Source: Gemmatimonadota bacterium
GTDB lineage: Bacteria; Gemmatimonadota; Gemmatimonadetes; Palauibacterales; Palauibacteraceae
DNA: 64,000 bases
Assembly: GCA_963666735.1 (NCBI GenBank)
Contig: OY762926.1
Coordinates: forward strand, 352,001-416,000
Direction: 5' to 3'
Position numbers and translations under genes: made by a program. The notes under the pieces were generated by a model, which did not search any database, was not told the origin of the DNA, and saw only the letters and a list, made by a program, of their open reading frames with translations. Positions 44,288 through 54,358 of the stretch are shown one piece after another; the stretch's first letter is position 1; every line of letters begins with the position of its first letter.

Positions 44288-45622
44288 TCAGTCGCCTTCG
44301 GCGGTCTCCAGCAGCCGGTCGCCCACGAGACGGACCACGCGGATGCGCTGAATGTCGAGTTCGTCGCGGTCGATGTAGGCCAGCAGGCCATCCGGGCCGA
44401 ACGCGGCCGGGATGCGGAGCCCATCGGAGGGGATGGTCCCGAAATACTGCCCATCGGCGGTCAGGATGTCCGTCGGCCCGGGTTCGCCCATCAGCGCGGA
44501 GCGCTGGACCCAGATGCGGTCGCTCCAGTCCACGGCGAGTCGTGAAATGACCGGAACCTCCTCCGGGAAGACCATGTTTTGGATCTGATTTTCAGCCATC
44601 CGATTCAATTCCTCCTGGTCGGGAACGCCGAGCGATCCAGGGTTGGCCGCCCCCGCGGCCGACGCGGCGCGCGTCATCATCAGCGTGAAACCGCCGCCCC
44701 CTCCACCGGCACCCCCGCCCGCGCCCCCGCCTTCTCCCAGCGCGGCGAGCCGCCGTTCGCGTTCCTCGTCCCGGACTTCGTCGGTGACCGTGATGGGCGC
44801 GATCGGCCGTGCGAGCGTCCCCATCACCTGGCCGGAGGGGTCGAGAAGCTTGATCCGATAACCGATCGAGTCCGCGAGTGCGACGCGGCCATCCCGCAGT
44901 ACGCCGAGACTCAGGGGAAGGGGGAAGGCTTCCATCGCGGACATGATCATTCGAACGTTGCCGGCCTGTGTCTCCGTTTCCTCGCCCGGCGGCAGCGCCC
45001 AGGCCATGTGGAATTCCTCCAGCGTTCCGTCGAGCCGGAACCGGCCGATGGACCGGCCTTCGGGCTCTTCTTCCTCTTCCCCTCCCATGAGCGTGGCGAA
45101 CGATGGCGCGCTGAACTGCTCGGCGACGAGGGTCCGGTCGGGCATGGCGTGGATGGCGGCACCGGGCATCCCGGTCTGAAACGTGAATTCGGCGTCCTGG
45201 AGGAATTGGCCTTCGCGATTGAAGAGGTGAATGCCTCTCCTGTCATGTACGGCGATGCCTCCATCGGCGAATACCGCCAGACTACGCGCCCCGTTGAGTT
45301 CCCCGGGGCCCTCGCCCTGGTTGGAAATCGTGCGGACGAACTGGCCGGCCGGATCGAGGACGACGACATGCCCGGCGTCGTTGTCGAGGATGTAGAGCGA
45401 GCCGTCTTCGCCGAAAGCGACGCCCCTCACGTTGCCGAACATCTCCCAGTCCGCACCATCGAGCACGCCGACCGCATACAGATCCTCCGCGGCGGGTTCG
45501 AGGGGGATGTCGGGGCTGTCGAGCCCGGCCGTGGCCGTTCCGGCATCGCCACCGCAACCGAGGACCGCAAGCGGAAGGGAAAGGAGGACGATTTGAGGCG
45601 TTGGGATGGGAACCTTGCGCAT
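44288..45622 (-). CDS. 6-bladed beta-propeller lipoprotein
   Basis: Lipobox VLGC; GEGPGEL motif; C-terminal DELDIQRIRVVRL. Confidence 0.8.
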   Translation of the reverse strand: MRKVPIPTPQIVLLSLPLAVLGCGGDAGTATAGLDSPDIPLEPAAEDLYAVGVLDGADWEMFGNVRGVAFGEDGSLYILDNDAGHVVVLDPAGQFVRTISNQGEGPGELNGARSLAVFADGGIAVHDRRGIHLFNREGQFLQDAEFTFQTGMPGAAIHAMPDRTLVAEQFSAPSFATLMGGEEEEEPEGRSIGRFRLDGTLEEFHMAWALPPGEETETQAGNVRMIMSAMEAFPLPLSLGVLRDGRVALADSIGYRIKLLDPSGQVMGTLARPIAPITVTDEVRDEERERRLAALGEGGGAGGGAGGGGGGFTLMMTRAASAAGAANPGSLGVPDQEELNRMAENQIQNMVFPEEVPVISRLAVDWSDRIWVQRSALMGEPGPTDILTADGQYFGTIPSDGLRIPAAFGPDGLLAYIDRDELDIQRIRVVRLVGDRLLETAEGD

Positions 45623-45824
45623 GGGTCTTACCTCGGGGTTCGGGGCGCGTTCAGCGTGCGTCTTGAATCTGTTGGCGGTCACGACGGCGAATCCGGGGAC
45701 GGGCCGGACACCGGCTGTGACAGCGGAGGCCGGAGCAACGGTTGCCCGCCGCGGGAATCAAGGGGTGCCCTCCGGCAGTTCGCCCGCCGCGAGCCGGGCC
45801 ACGCGGACGTGCTGGACGCCGAGT

Positions 45825-48800
45825 TCAGGTTGCGGTCAGCCGCCGCACCAGCGCCTGCAGCCATTCGCTCACCTCCCGGACCTCCTCCCGGAGCGTCTCG
45901 TGTCGTTCGTAGGCGTCTGCGCCCGGCGCCTGGTCGGCCCGCCCGGTCATGCCGGCGAGATAGTTGAGCTGGCTCAGGAGCATGGGGCGCGGATAGCTGC
46001 CCTCCGCGTCGTTCACGCGGGCATCGAGTCGGGCCAGTTCCGCGGCGAGCTCGTCGAGCGTCTCGTTGCGGCCGCCGCCGATGCCGGCGCGCGCTTCCGC
46101 GATTTGCTCGCGCAGATCGTCGATGCCGTCCGCGACCTCACGGGCCTCCGCCCGCGTCTCCCGCACGGCGAGGTTGAAGCGGTACTGCTCTTCGAGGTCC
46201 GCGATGGTCACGCCCTCCGCCGCCACCCGCGGGTCGATCCGCAGTTCGAGCCCGGTCTCGGCCGTCACGTCGCCCGCCGAGAGGCGAACCGTGTAGTTCC
46301 CCGGCGGTACGATCGGCCCGCCGCGGCCCGAGCCCTGCGACCGCAGGTCCCAACGCAGCCGGTGCATGCCCGGCGCCGACGAAACGCCCCGCACCGGACC
46401 GCCGCCGCGGGGGGCTATGCGCTGCATCGCCGCCCCCCCCGCCCGGGCCGCGCCGCCGTCCCCGCCGCCGGCGTAGGAGCGGATCACCTCGCCGCCGGCG
46501 TCGAGGATCTCGATTCGCACCGTCTCGCCGGGGCCGAGATCCGGCGAGATCCAGTAGCTGATGTCGGCGCCCGCTCCCGGGTAGTCCGGCCGGGCCGTAT
46601 TCGAAGCCCATTCGAAGCCCGAGTTCCGTCCGGGCCGGGTGCGGTACTGCGGCCGCCCCTCGAACAAGTGCGCCCCGTCTCCCGCCGCCACCGATCCGTC
46701 CGCGCCGATCTCGTGCAGCGGGGTGAGGTCATCCAGCACCCAGAACCCCCGGCCCATGGTCGAGAGCGCCAGGTCCTGCCGGTACACCTCGATGTCCGTC
46801 ACGGGCGTCACCGGCAGGTCGAGCTGGAACGGCTGCCACGTCGCTCCGTCGTCGAAGGAGATGAAGAGCCCGAACTCCGTCCCCGCGTACAGCAGGCCCG
46901 CGCGGTCCGGATCCTCGCGCACGACCCGCACGGGCACGTCCGCCGGGATCCCGTTCGTCCCATCGGTGAGAAGCGTCCACGTCTCCCCCGCGTCGTCCGT
47001 CCGGTAGACGTAGGGGCTGAAGTCGCCGAGCAGGAAGCGGTACCCGGCCACGTACACCCTGTCCGGATCGTGCCGGGAGATGTCGATGGAGTTGATGCGG
47101 CCCTCGGGCGGCATGTCCGGGGGCGTCACATTCTCCCAGGACGCCGCGCCGTCCAGCGTCACGTACACGGGGCCATCGTTCGCCCCGGTCCAGATCACGT
47201 CCGTGTCGTGCGGCGAGGCCTCGATCACATAGAGCGTGGAATAGTGCTCCTCTCCCGTCGCGTCGCGCGTGATCGGCCCGCCCGACACCATCTGCCGCTC
47301 CGGGCGGAACGCGGTCAGGTCCGGCGAGATCCGCTCCCACGTGCGGCCTCCATCGCGGGTGCGGTGCACGTACTGCGAGCCGTGATAGACGAGGTTCGGG
47401 TCGTGCGGCGACACCTCGATGGGCACGACGCGCTGGAAGCGGTAGGGGAGGTTGGCGGGGTTCGTGCCGTACATGTTCACCGCGCCGACGTAGTACTGCT
47501 GCTCCTGCCCGGTGCGCTGGTTGTAGACCCCGAAACGCCCCTTGCAGTTCGCGTACACGATGTCCGGGTCGCCCGGCTTCGGCACGGCGGGTCCCGTCTC
47601 GCACCCGCCCGGCGAGCGCCAGTACGCGTCGGGGCCGCCCGGCGCCGAGAGCGAAGGCTGCCGACTCGGCACCGCGACCGTATACGCGTCATCCTGCTGC
47701 CCCGCGTAGAGCCAGTAGGGGAAGCGGTCGTCCACATCGACCTGGTACAGTTCCGCGGTGGGCTGGTTGTTGACCGGCGACCACGTCTGCCCCCCATCCA
47801 GCGTCACGACCCCGCCTCCGTCGCTCCCGTGCACCATGATCCGCGGGTCGTCCGGGTTGATCCACAGGTCATGGTCGTCCCCGTGCACGTTCGGGATCGT
47901 CCGGAAGGTCTCGCCCCCGTCCGTCGACTTCCAGGTGGCCAGGTTCAGGACATAGACGACGTTGCCGTCCGTCGGATCCGCAGTGATGTTCGTGAAGTAG
48001 AAGGGCCGGTGCATGAGCTGGTTCCGCGGGTCGTCGTTGATCAGCTCCCACGTCTCCCCGGCGTCGTCCGACCGGTACAGGCCCTCGATCGGTTCGGGCG
48101 CCTCCACGAGCGCGTAGACGCGGTCGGGCATGTCCGCCGAGACGGAGAAATCCACCTTTCCGATGAGTCCGTCCGGGAGCCCCGCCGTGATGCGCCGCCA
48201 CGTGTCGCCCCCGTCCGTCGTCTTCCAGATGCCGTCCTCGTCGCTCGCCCCGGAGATGATCGACCACGGATGACGCTGCGCCCGCCACATCCCGGCATAG
48301 ATGACGTCCGGGTCCGCCGGATGAAACTCGAGATCCACCGCGCCGACGGAGTCCGACGTGAAGAGGATGCGCTCCCAGTCGAGACCGCCGTTCGACGAGC
48401 GATAGACGCCCCGCGTCTCATTGTTGATGAACGGGTTTCCCATCGCCGCCGCATAGACGAGATCCGGGTTGTCCGGGTGAGCCTTAACGGACGCGATTTG
48501 GCCCGCATCCTCCAGTCCGGCGTGTTCCCACGTCTCCCCGGCGTCCGTCGACTTATGGATGCCCCTTCCGATGATGATATTCGAGCGGATGCCGTCCGAG
48601 CCCGTTCCCACATAGAGGATATTCGGATCCGAGTCCGCCGCTTCGATATGGCCGATGGAGGGAGACCGAAAATACCCATCGGAGATATTCTCCCATGTCA
48701 TCCCGTAGTTCGTCGTCTTCCACACGCCGCCGCCGGTCGCCCCCTGGTAGAACGTGTGGGGATGGGAGCGGTGGCCCTCGACCGCCGTGACGCGACCGCC

Positions 48801-49004
48801 GCGCGAGGGACCGACGAAGCGGAAGGAGAGGCCGCCGAAGAGACTCGGGTCGACCGTCTCCGCGGCCGGGGGCGGGTTTCGGACGCCGGCCGGAAGTTCA
48901 CCCATGCGCGCGCCGTCCTGTGCGGCGAGGGGCCACGCGAGGGCGGCGGCGACCAGAGGCATGAGGACGGTTCGCGTTCCGGGAATCGGGGTGGGGAATT
49001 GCAT
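45825..49004 (-). CDS. VPS10/BNR-repeat glycosyl hydrolase-like exported protein
   Basis: GPSRGGRV, repeated S.D.G.TW Asp-boxes, HGDDH, LYAGTEFG and C-terminal PG.YTVRL plus coiled coil. Confidence 0.85.
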   Translation of the reverse strand: MQFPTPIPGTRTVLMPLVAAALAWPLAAQDGARMGELPAGVRNPPPAAETVDPSLFGGLSFRFVGPSRGGRVTAVEGHRSHPHTFYQGATGGGVWKTTNYGMTWENISDGYFRSPSIGHIEAADSDPNILYVGTGSDGIRSNIIIGRGIHKSTDAGETWEHAGLEDAGQIASVKAHPDNPDLVYAAAMGNPFINNETRGVYRSSNGGLDWERILFTSDSVGAVDLEFHPADPDVIYAGMWRAQRHPWSIISGASDEDGIWKTTDGGDTWRRITAGLPDGLIGKVDFSVSADMPDRVYALVEAPEPIEGLYRSDDAGETWELINDDPRNQLMHRPFYFTNITADPTDGNVVYVLNLATWKSTDGGETFRTIPNVHGDDHDLWINPDDPRIMVHGSDGGGVVTLDGGQTWSPVNNQPTAELYQVDVDDRFPYWLYAGQQDDAYTVAVPSRQPSLSAPGGPDAYWRSPGGCETGPAVPKPGDPDIVYANCKGRFGVYNQRTGQEQQYYVGAVNMYGTNPANLPYRFQRVVPIEVSPHDPNLVYHGSQYVHRTRDGGRTWERISPDLTAFRPERQMVSGGPITRDATGEEHYSTLYVIEASPHDTDVIWTGANDGPVYVTLDGAASWENVTPPDMPPEGRINSIDISRHDPDRVYVAGYRFLLGDFSPYVYRTDDAGETWTLLTDGTNGIPADVPVRVVREDPDRAGLLYAGTEFGLFISFDDGATWQPFQLDLPVTPVTDIEVYRQDLALSTMGRGFWVLDDLTPLHEIGADGSVAAGDGAHLFEGRPQYRTRPGRNSGFEWASNTARPDYPGAGADISYWISPDLGPGETVRIEILDAGGEVIRSYAGGGDGGAARAGGAAMQRIAPRGGGPVRGVSSAPGMHRLRWDLRSQGSGRGGPIVPPGNYTVRLSAGDVTAETGLELRIDPRVAAEGVTIADLEEQYRFNLAVRETRAEAREVADGIDDLREQIAEARAGIGGGRNETLDELAAELARLDARVNDAEGSYPRPMLLSQLNYLAGMTGRADQAPGADAYERHETLREEVREVSEWLQALVRRLTAT

Positions 49005-49017
49005 GTCTACTCCTGAG

Positions 49018-50694
49018 TTATCGCGTCTTGACGAGCGCTTCGCCGGCGAGCGCGTCCGTGAAGCGGCCCTCGTCGATCGCGAGCGTGCCGTTGACGAGGG
49101 AGTACTCGACCCCCTCGGCGAGACCGTGCGGGTCGTCGTACTCGGCGGTGTCGCGGAACCGCTCGAGGTCCACGACGATCACGTCGGCGACTGCGCCCGC
49201 CTCGAGCACGCCGCGACCTTCGATCCCGTACACGCGGGCCGGGAGCGCCGTCATCGCGTGAATCGCCTGTTCGAGCGTGGTGACGCCCTCCTCCATCACG
49301 TACTTGCGGATCCGCCGCGGGAAGGCGCCGAAGCCGCGCGGGTGCGGGTGTCCTTCGCCCGGCACCCAGAGAGAGCCGTCGGAAGACGTCATCATCCACG
49401 GCTGCGTCATGAAGCGCTCGATGTCCTCGTCGTTCATGTTGAAGGAGGTGAGGCCGGTGCCGCCGCCTCCTCCCTCACGCGCCTCCACGAGCAGGGCGAG
49501 CGCGGTTTCGATTGCGTCCATCCCGCGCTCCTCCGCGACATCGGTCAGCGTCCGGCCCCCGTGCGGACCGCCCTGGAGCATGAGCCGGTCGGCGCCGCCG
49601 CGACGGTCGAGGTTCTCCCACATGTCCGCCACGAGCCGCGTGCGTTCCTCCGCAGTCTCCATGCGCGCGTACAGGGCGCCATCGTCGCCGGCGAGCGCCC
49701 AGCGCGGAACCAGCGCCCCGACGATGCTCGTGCCGGAGGCCTCGTAGGGATACTGGTCCGCGTAGACCGCGAGACCTTCCGCCCGCGCGGCCTCGATGCG
49801 GCGCACGACCTCGGCGGACTCGCCCCAGACGCGGGGGCCGAGCGCCTTGATGTGCGTGACGACGCCGGTGATGCCGGAGCTCCGCGAGATCTCGATGACC
49901 TCGTCCACGGCCCCGAGCAGGCCGATCGAATAGTCCGACTCGTCGCGGATGTGGCTCTGGTACACGCCTCCGAACCCTGCGGCGACCTTCGCGAGCTCGA
50001 CGACCTCGCCGGTGGGGGCGTACGACCCCGGAGAGTAGTAGAGGCCGGAGGAGAGCCCGAAGGCGCCTCCGTCCATTCCGTCGCGCACGATGGTCCGCAT
50101 GCGGTCGAGTTCCTCGGGCGTGGCCTCGCGCGCCTGCATGCCGAGGACCGCGCGGCGCACGCTGCCGTGCCCGACGAGCTGCCCGACGTTCACTCCGATG
50201 CCGGGGTCCCGGAGCCGCGCCCGCTGGTCGGCGAGGTCGACCGTGCCGCCGCCATCGGGGTTCGCGAAGATCGTCGTGATCCCCTGTGCGAGGAGTGGGT
50301 GCGCCGTCCGCAGTGCGCCGCGCAACAGCGCCGGCATGGCGTGGGAATGCGTGTCGATGAAGCCCGGGAAGATGTGCAGGCCGTTCGCGTCGATGACCCG
50401 GTCGGCGGTTGCGCCGCCCAGGTCTCCCACGGCCGCGATCCGCCCGCCGTCGATCGCGAGGTCTCCGGAGCGGGCCGCGCTCCCGGATCCGTCGACGAGC
50501 ATGCCGCCCCGGATGATCACGTCGTAGCTCTGCGCGTCGGCGGGTCGGGCGGTCCAACCGCCGCCGGTGAGGAGCGCCGCCGCAGCGATGAGAGTTGTGG
50601 CAGCCCGCGGCGCTGGCGCGGGGTGTTGCCGCGGGCTGCGGAGCGCCCGGGCGGCGTGGCGGGGTGCAGTCGAAAAAAGCATGTTGTAGGTCAT
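49018..50694 (-). CDS. N-acyl-D-amino-acid deacylase family amidohydrolase, exported
   Basis: PGFIDTHSH, GLSSGL.Y.PG, SHIRDE, DQYPY, HPRGFG and MT.LPA motifs. Confidence 0.9.
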   Translation of the reverse strand: MTYNMLFSTAPRHAARALRSPRQHPAPAPRAATTLIAAAALLTGGGWTARPADAQSYDVIIRGGMLVDGSGSAARSGDLAIDGGRIAAVGDLGGATADRVIDANGLHIFPGFIDTHSHAMPALLRGALRTAHPLLAQGITTIFANPDGGGTVDLADQRARLRDPGIGVNVGQLVGHGSVRRAVLGMQAREATPEELDRMRTIVRDGMDGGAFGLSSGLYYSPGSYAPTGEVVELAKVAAGFGGVYQSHIRDESDYSIGLLGAVDEVIEISRSSGITGVVTHIKALGPRVWGESAEVVRRIEAARAEGLAVYADQYPYEASGTSIVGALVPRWALAGDDGALYARMETAEERTRLVADMWENLDRRGGADRLMLQGGPHGGRTLTDVAEERGMDAIETALALLVEAREGGGGGTGLTSFNMNDEDIERFMTQPWMMTSSDGSLWVPGEGHPHPRGFGAFPRRIRKYVMEEGVTTLEQAIHAMTALPARVYGIEGRGVLEAGAVADVIVVDLERFRDTAEYDDPHGLAEGVEYSLVNGTLAIDEGRFTDALAGEALVKTR

Positions 50695-50768
50695 GCGGTC
50701 GAATCTGTCGGCCCGGATGGGAACCGCACAAGCAAAAGCGTACGCAGGCAAGCTCATCGGAGGCACTC

Positions 50769-52166
50769 ATGCGCCGGAATCGACTTCCGCTTTCGTCCCT
50801 CACGCTCGCCGGGATCGCGGCCGGCCTCGCCGTCGGGGCCGGGACCGCCCTCGCCACGCCGACATCGCTCGAGGCGCAGGCGTTCGAGGATGCGCGCGGG
50901 AACGTGTCCATCGCCCTCGCCGGCGACGCGATCATCTCCCGGAAGATGTCCCCGTACCGGGAGCCCGAATTCCTTGCGCTGCGGGACATCATCCAGAGCG
51001 CGACGACCGCGTTCGTGAACCTCGAGATCCTCTTCCACGACTATGAGGACGACGTGATCCCGGCGGCGGCCAGCGGCGGCACCTACATGCGGGCGGAGCC
51101 CGAAATCGCGCAGGAACTCGCCTGGTTCGGCTTCGACATGGTGAGCCTGGCGAACAACCACACGATGGACTTCGGGGCCGGCGGGGCCCGGCGCACGGTG
51201 GCGGCGGCCGAGGCGGCGGGACTCGCCGTCGCCGGCTTCGGCGAAAATCTCGCGCGTGCGCGGGCCCCGGCCTACGTGGACACGCCCGGCGGCCGGGTCG
51301 CGCTGATCTCGATCGCCTCGACCTTCAACGACGCGATGCGGGCCGGCCATCAGCGGCCGGACATAAGGGGTCGTCCGGGGCTGAGCCCGATCCGCTACGA
51401 GCGCCGCGTGACGGTGACGGCCGAGCAGATGGCGGGTCTTCGCGAGGCCCTCGCCGTCGCGGGCCGCGGCGGCGGCTCCGGCTCCCGGGTGAACTTCGGC
51501 GGCATCACGTTCATGGAGGGATCCAGGCCGGGCGTGAAGACGGTGCCGCACGCCGGGGATCTGGCCGAGATCATCGAGGTCGTGAAGGAGGCGCAACGCC
51601 AAGCCGAGTGGGTCATCGTGACGAGCCACACGCACGAGGGCGCCGACCGCCGCGAGGTGCCGGCGGACTTCATCGTGGACGTCGCGCGGGCGGCCGTCGA
51701 CGCGGGCGCGGACATGTTCGTGGGCCACGGCCCCCACATCCTGCGCGCGATCGAGATGTACCAGGGCAAACCGATCTTCTACTCGCTGGCGAACTTCGCC
51801 ATGCAGAACGAGACGATCGAGTTCCAGCCGCAGGACAACTACGAAGCCCAGGGACTGGGGTACGAGGACCTGCCGGGCAGGTTCCAGGACGTGCGGATCG
51901 AGCGGGCCGGCGCGTCCTCCTTCCCGGCGGGGAAGGGGTTCTGGGAGAGCGTCGTCCCCGTCGTCGAGTACGAGGGCGGGATGCTGAAGGAGATCCAGCT
52001 CCACCCGATCACGATGGGCTGGCAGCTGCCGCGGCCGGTACGCGGGCGCCCGATGATGGCGGACGACGCGCACGGACAGGAGATCCTCGAGGGTCTGGCG
52101 AAACTCTCCGCCGAGTTCGGGACGACGATGACGATCGAGGACGGCGTCGGCGTCATCCGGCCCTGA
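50769..52166 (+). CDS. CapA family metallophosphatase-like protein
   Basis: LAGD, NLE, ANNHTMDFG, SHTHE, GHGPH and FYSLANF motifs; signal peptide. Confidence 0.88.
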   Translation: MRRNRLPLSSLTLAGIAAGLAVGAGTALATPTSLEAQAFEDARGNVSIALAGDAIISRKMSPYREPEFLALRDIIQSATTAFVNLEILFHDYEDDVIPAAASGGTYMRAEPEIAQELAWFGFDMVSLANNHTMDFGAGGARRTVAAAEAAGLAVAGFGENLARARAPAYVDTPGGRVALISIASTFNDAMRAGHQRPDIRGRPGLSPIRYERRVTVTAEQMAGLREALAVAGRGGGSGSRVNFGGITFMEGSRPGVKTVPHAGDLAEIIEVVKEAQRQAEWVIVTSHTHEGADRREVPADFIVDVARAAVDAGADMFVGHGPHILRAIEMYQGKPIFYSLANFAMQNETIEFQPQDNYEAQGLGYEDLPGRFQDVRIERAGASSFPAGKGFWESVVPVVEYEGGMLKEIQLHPITMGWQLPRPVRGRPMMADDAHGQEILEGLAKLSAEFGTTMTIEDGVGVIRP

Positions 52167-52188
52167 CGCGGGGTTTTTTCGGGGCCTG

Positions 52189-53406
52189 CTAGGAACCGGC
52201 GCCCAGGAACCATGGGAGGATCCGAACCCCGCCGAGGTCGAAATCCTCTGTCCCGCCGTGGACCAGCACGCCGCCCCGATTCGGGTTGGAGGGAATCGAG
52301 GTCCACCACTGAAGCGACGAGATGGCATCCGGGGGTACCGTTCGGCCCGACTTGACTTCCACGGGAATGAGACGGCTGCCTGCGTCGATCAGAATGTCGA
52401 TCTCGTGGCCTGTCGCGTCGCGCCAGAAATACAGATTCGGATCGCGACGCCTGGCGGCGCAGGCCTTGAAGAGTTCCGCGACGATGAAGGACTCGAAGAT
52501 GGCGCCACGCAGCGGATGTCTTTCGAGCGTCGCCGCATCTTCGATGCCCAGCAGATAGCACACCAGCCCGGAATCGAGAAAGTGAAGTCGCGGACGCTTG
52601 CGGAGTCGCTTACGGTAGCTGGCGTGATGCGGTGGCAGCGTTGTCGCGAGATACCCGATCTCGAGGGCGGTGAGCCATCGTCGAGCGGTCTGGTGCGTGA
52701 CGCCCGCGTCGGCGGCCAACCCGCTGAGGTTGAGTTCGGTGGCGGTACGAGCCGCCGCAAGCCGCACGAACGTCTCAAACGTTCTCAGATCAAGAACCTG
52801 GGTGACCTCGCGAAGATCGCGCTCGACGTACGTTCGGAAGTAGTCCGCCATCCATTCGCGCGGCGAAAGGCCTCGGTCGTGTACCGGCGGATAGAAGCCG
52901 GTCAAGAGAGTCGCCCAGGGATCCATTTCCGACAGCCGCTTCGCCACTGCTGGTGCCGGGGCCGCACCGCGTCGATCAAGTTCGCTCGGGTCCAGCGCCG
53001 GGGACCCGTGCAGTTCGGCGAGCGAGAACGGCAGCAGGAGGAGAAGCGCGGTTCGGCCGGCCAGGGTCTGCGAGACGGACTTCAGGAGCAGGATGTTCTG
53101 CGATCCCGTGACTACAAACCGGCCGGGTCGCCCGTCCTCGTCGACGAGTCCCTGCACGTAGGACAGCAGTTCGGGTGCCCGCTGGATCTCGTCGAGGATC
53201 ATCCGGTCGCCCTGCGCCAGAAACCCGCGCGGATCCGCGATGGCTCGAGCGCGCACGTCCGGCGCTTCGAGCGAGGCGTACCGGTGTTCGGGGAAGACCG
53301 CCCGCACGAGCGTGGTCTTCCCGGATTGGCGGGGCCCGGTGACGGTGACGACGGGATACTGCTCCGCAGCCTTCCGAAGCGTGGGGGTCAGGTGTCGGGG
53401 GATCAT
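52189..53406 (-). CDS. AAA_14 ATPase with C-terminal DUF4143 (PD-(D/E)xK-like) domain
   Basis: GPRQSGKTT, ILDEIQ, TGS, LAGR, D.G and FWRD..G.EID...PVEVK motifs. Confidence 0.9.
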   Translation of the reverse strand: MIPRHLTPTLRKAAEQYPVVTVTGPRQSGKTTLVRAVFPEHRYASLEAPDVRARAIADPRGFLAQGDRMILDEIQRAPELLSYVQGLVDEDGRPGRFVVTGSQNILLLKSVSQTLAGRTALLLLLPFSLAELHGSPALDPSELDRRGAAPAPAVAKRLSEMDPWATLLTGFYPPVHDRGLSPREWMADYFRTYVERDLREVTQVLDLRTFETFVRLAAARTATELNLSGLAADAGVTHQTARRWLTALEIGYLATTLPPHHASYRKRLRKRPRLHFLDSGLVCYLLGIEDAATLERHPLRGAIFESFIVAELFKACAARRRDPNLYFWRDATGHEIDILIDAGSRLIPVEVKSGRTVPPDAISSLQWWTSIPSNPNRGGVLVHGGTEDFDLGGVRILPWFLGAGS

Positions 53407-53412
53407 GACAGC

Positions 53413-53441
53413 AGTCTGACGGCTGCGCCGGTTCGTGTCAA
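53413..53441 (-). promoter_or_regulatory. Sigma70-type promoter TTGACA-N17-CAGACT, 6 nt before the ATG (leaderless candidate)
   Basis: Perfect -35 and 17-nt spacer; no SD before ATG 53406; palindrome GATGAT-AGC-ATCATC at 53445-53459 just upstream. Confidence 0.55.
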
Positions 53442-53490
53442 ACCGATGATAGCATCATCAAAGTGGCACGATCGTGAATGTGTCTCGGCG

Positions 53491-54225
53491 TCAGGCGGGA
53501 GCGGTCGCGATCGCCTTGCGGGGCGGAGGGTAGGCGCGCGGGGACGGCCTGACACCGGTGGCCGCGAACGACTCCGCCGCCTTGAGCGCAGCGAGAACGG
53601 GGTTGATGACGGGTACGCCGAGACGCTCAGAGAGCGTTCGGGCGACATCCAGGAATCCCATCGTCATACAGCCGAGCACGAGCGTGTCCGCCCCTGCGCT
53701 CAGCGCCGCGTGGGCCTCGAGCTCCATCGCCTCGAGCACCTGATCCGCGCGATGCCGGAGTTCGAGCACCGGGACGTCCACCGCCCGGATGTCGGCCACG
53801 AGGCCTTCGAGTCCGTAGCCCCGCATCTGGCGGCGGATCGCCGGGATGACCTCCTCGACCACCGTGATGATCGCGAAGCGCTGTCCCATCTGCGCCGCGG
53901 CGAGCGCTCCGGCCTGGCCCGGACCGATGACGGGGAAGTCGACGAGTTCGCGGGCCGGCGCGAGTCCGGGGTCGCCGAAGCAGCCGATGATCATCGCGTC
54001 GAACCCCTCCGCCTCGAGACGCGGCGCGGCTTCGAGGATGCCCGGAACCGAGAGATACTCCTCGGCGGACGACTCGACCGAGGCGGGACCGTTATCCGTC
54101 TCGCGAACGACGGCCTCCGTCCCCCGAAAGGCATGCTCGTTGAGGAAAGTCTGGCGCCGAACGAGTTCCTCCGGCCCGAGAGGACCGCGGGACATCGGTC
54201 CGGGGAGGAAGTAGACAATGCGCAT
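53491..54225 (-). CDS. Asp/Glu/hydantoin racemase family protein
   Basis: GPASVES, IIGCFGDPG, LVLGCMTM and GVPVINP motifs (two catalytic Cys). Confidence 0.88.
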   Translation of the reverse strand: MRIVYFLPGPMSRGPLGPEELVRRQTFLNEHAFRGTEAVVRETDNGPASVESSAEEYLSVPGILEAAPRLEAEGFDAMIIGCFGDPGLAPARELVDFPVIGPGQAGALAAAQMGQRFAIITVVEEVIPAIRRQMRGYGLEGLVADIRAVDVPVLELRHRADQVLEAMELEAHAALSAGADTLVLGCMTMGFLDVARTLSERLGVPVINPVLAALKAAESFAATGVRPSPRAYPPPRKAIATAPA

Positions 54226-54358
54226 ATCTTGATCCCTTTCGGTTTGCTCGGCTGCTCGAAGATCGCGGCTTAGGTGTTCCGGGTACGAAACAGGCTGTAC
54301 GTTGCCGCACGGGCGGCTTCTGCTTGCCGCGTGGCCACGTCCACATAGCCTGATCGCC

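Noticed and set aside
45606..51018. 1136-aa and 754-aa plus-strand ORFs
   Set aside because: Antisense shadows of the VPS10-like and deacylase genes
50769..52166. CapA as evidence of a poly-gamma-glutamate capsule
   Set aside because: No capB/capC nearby, and stand-alone CapA-family proteins are common
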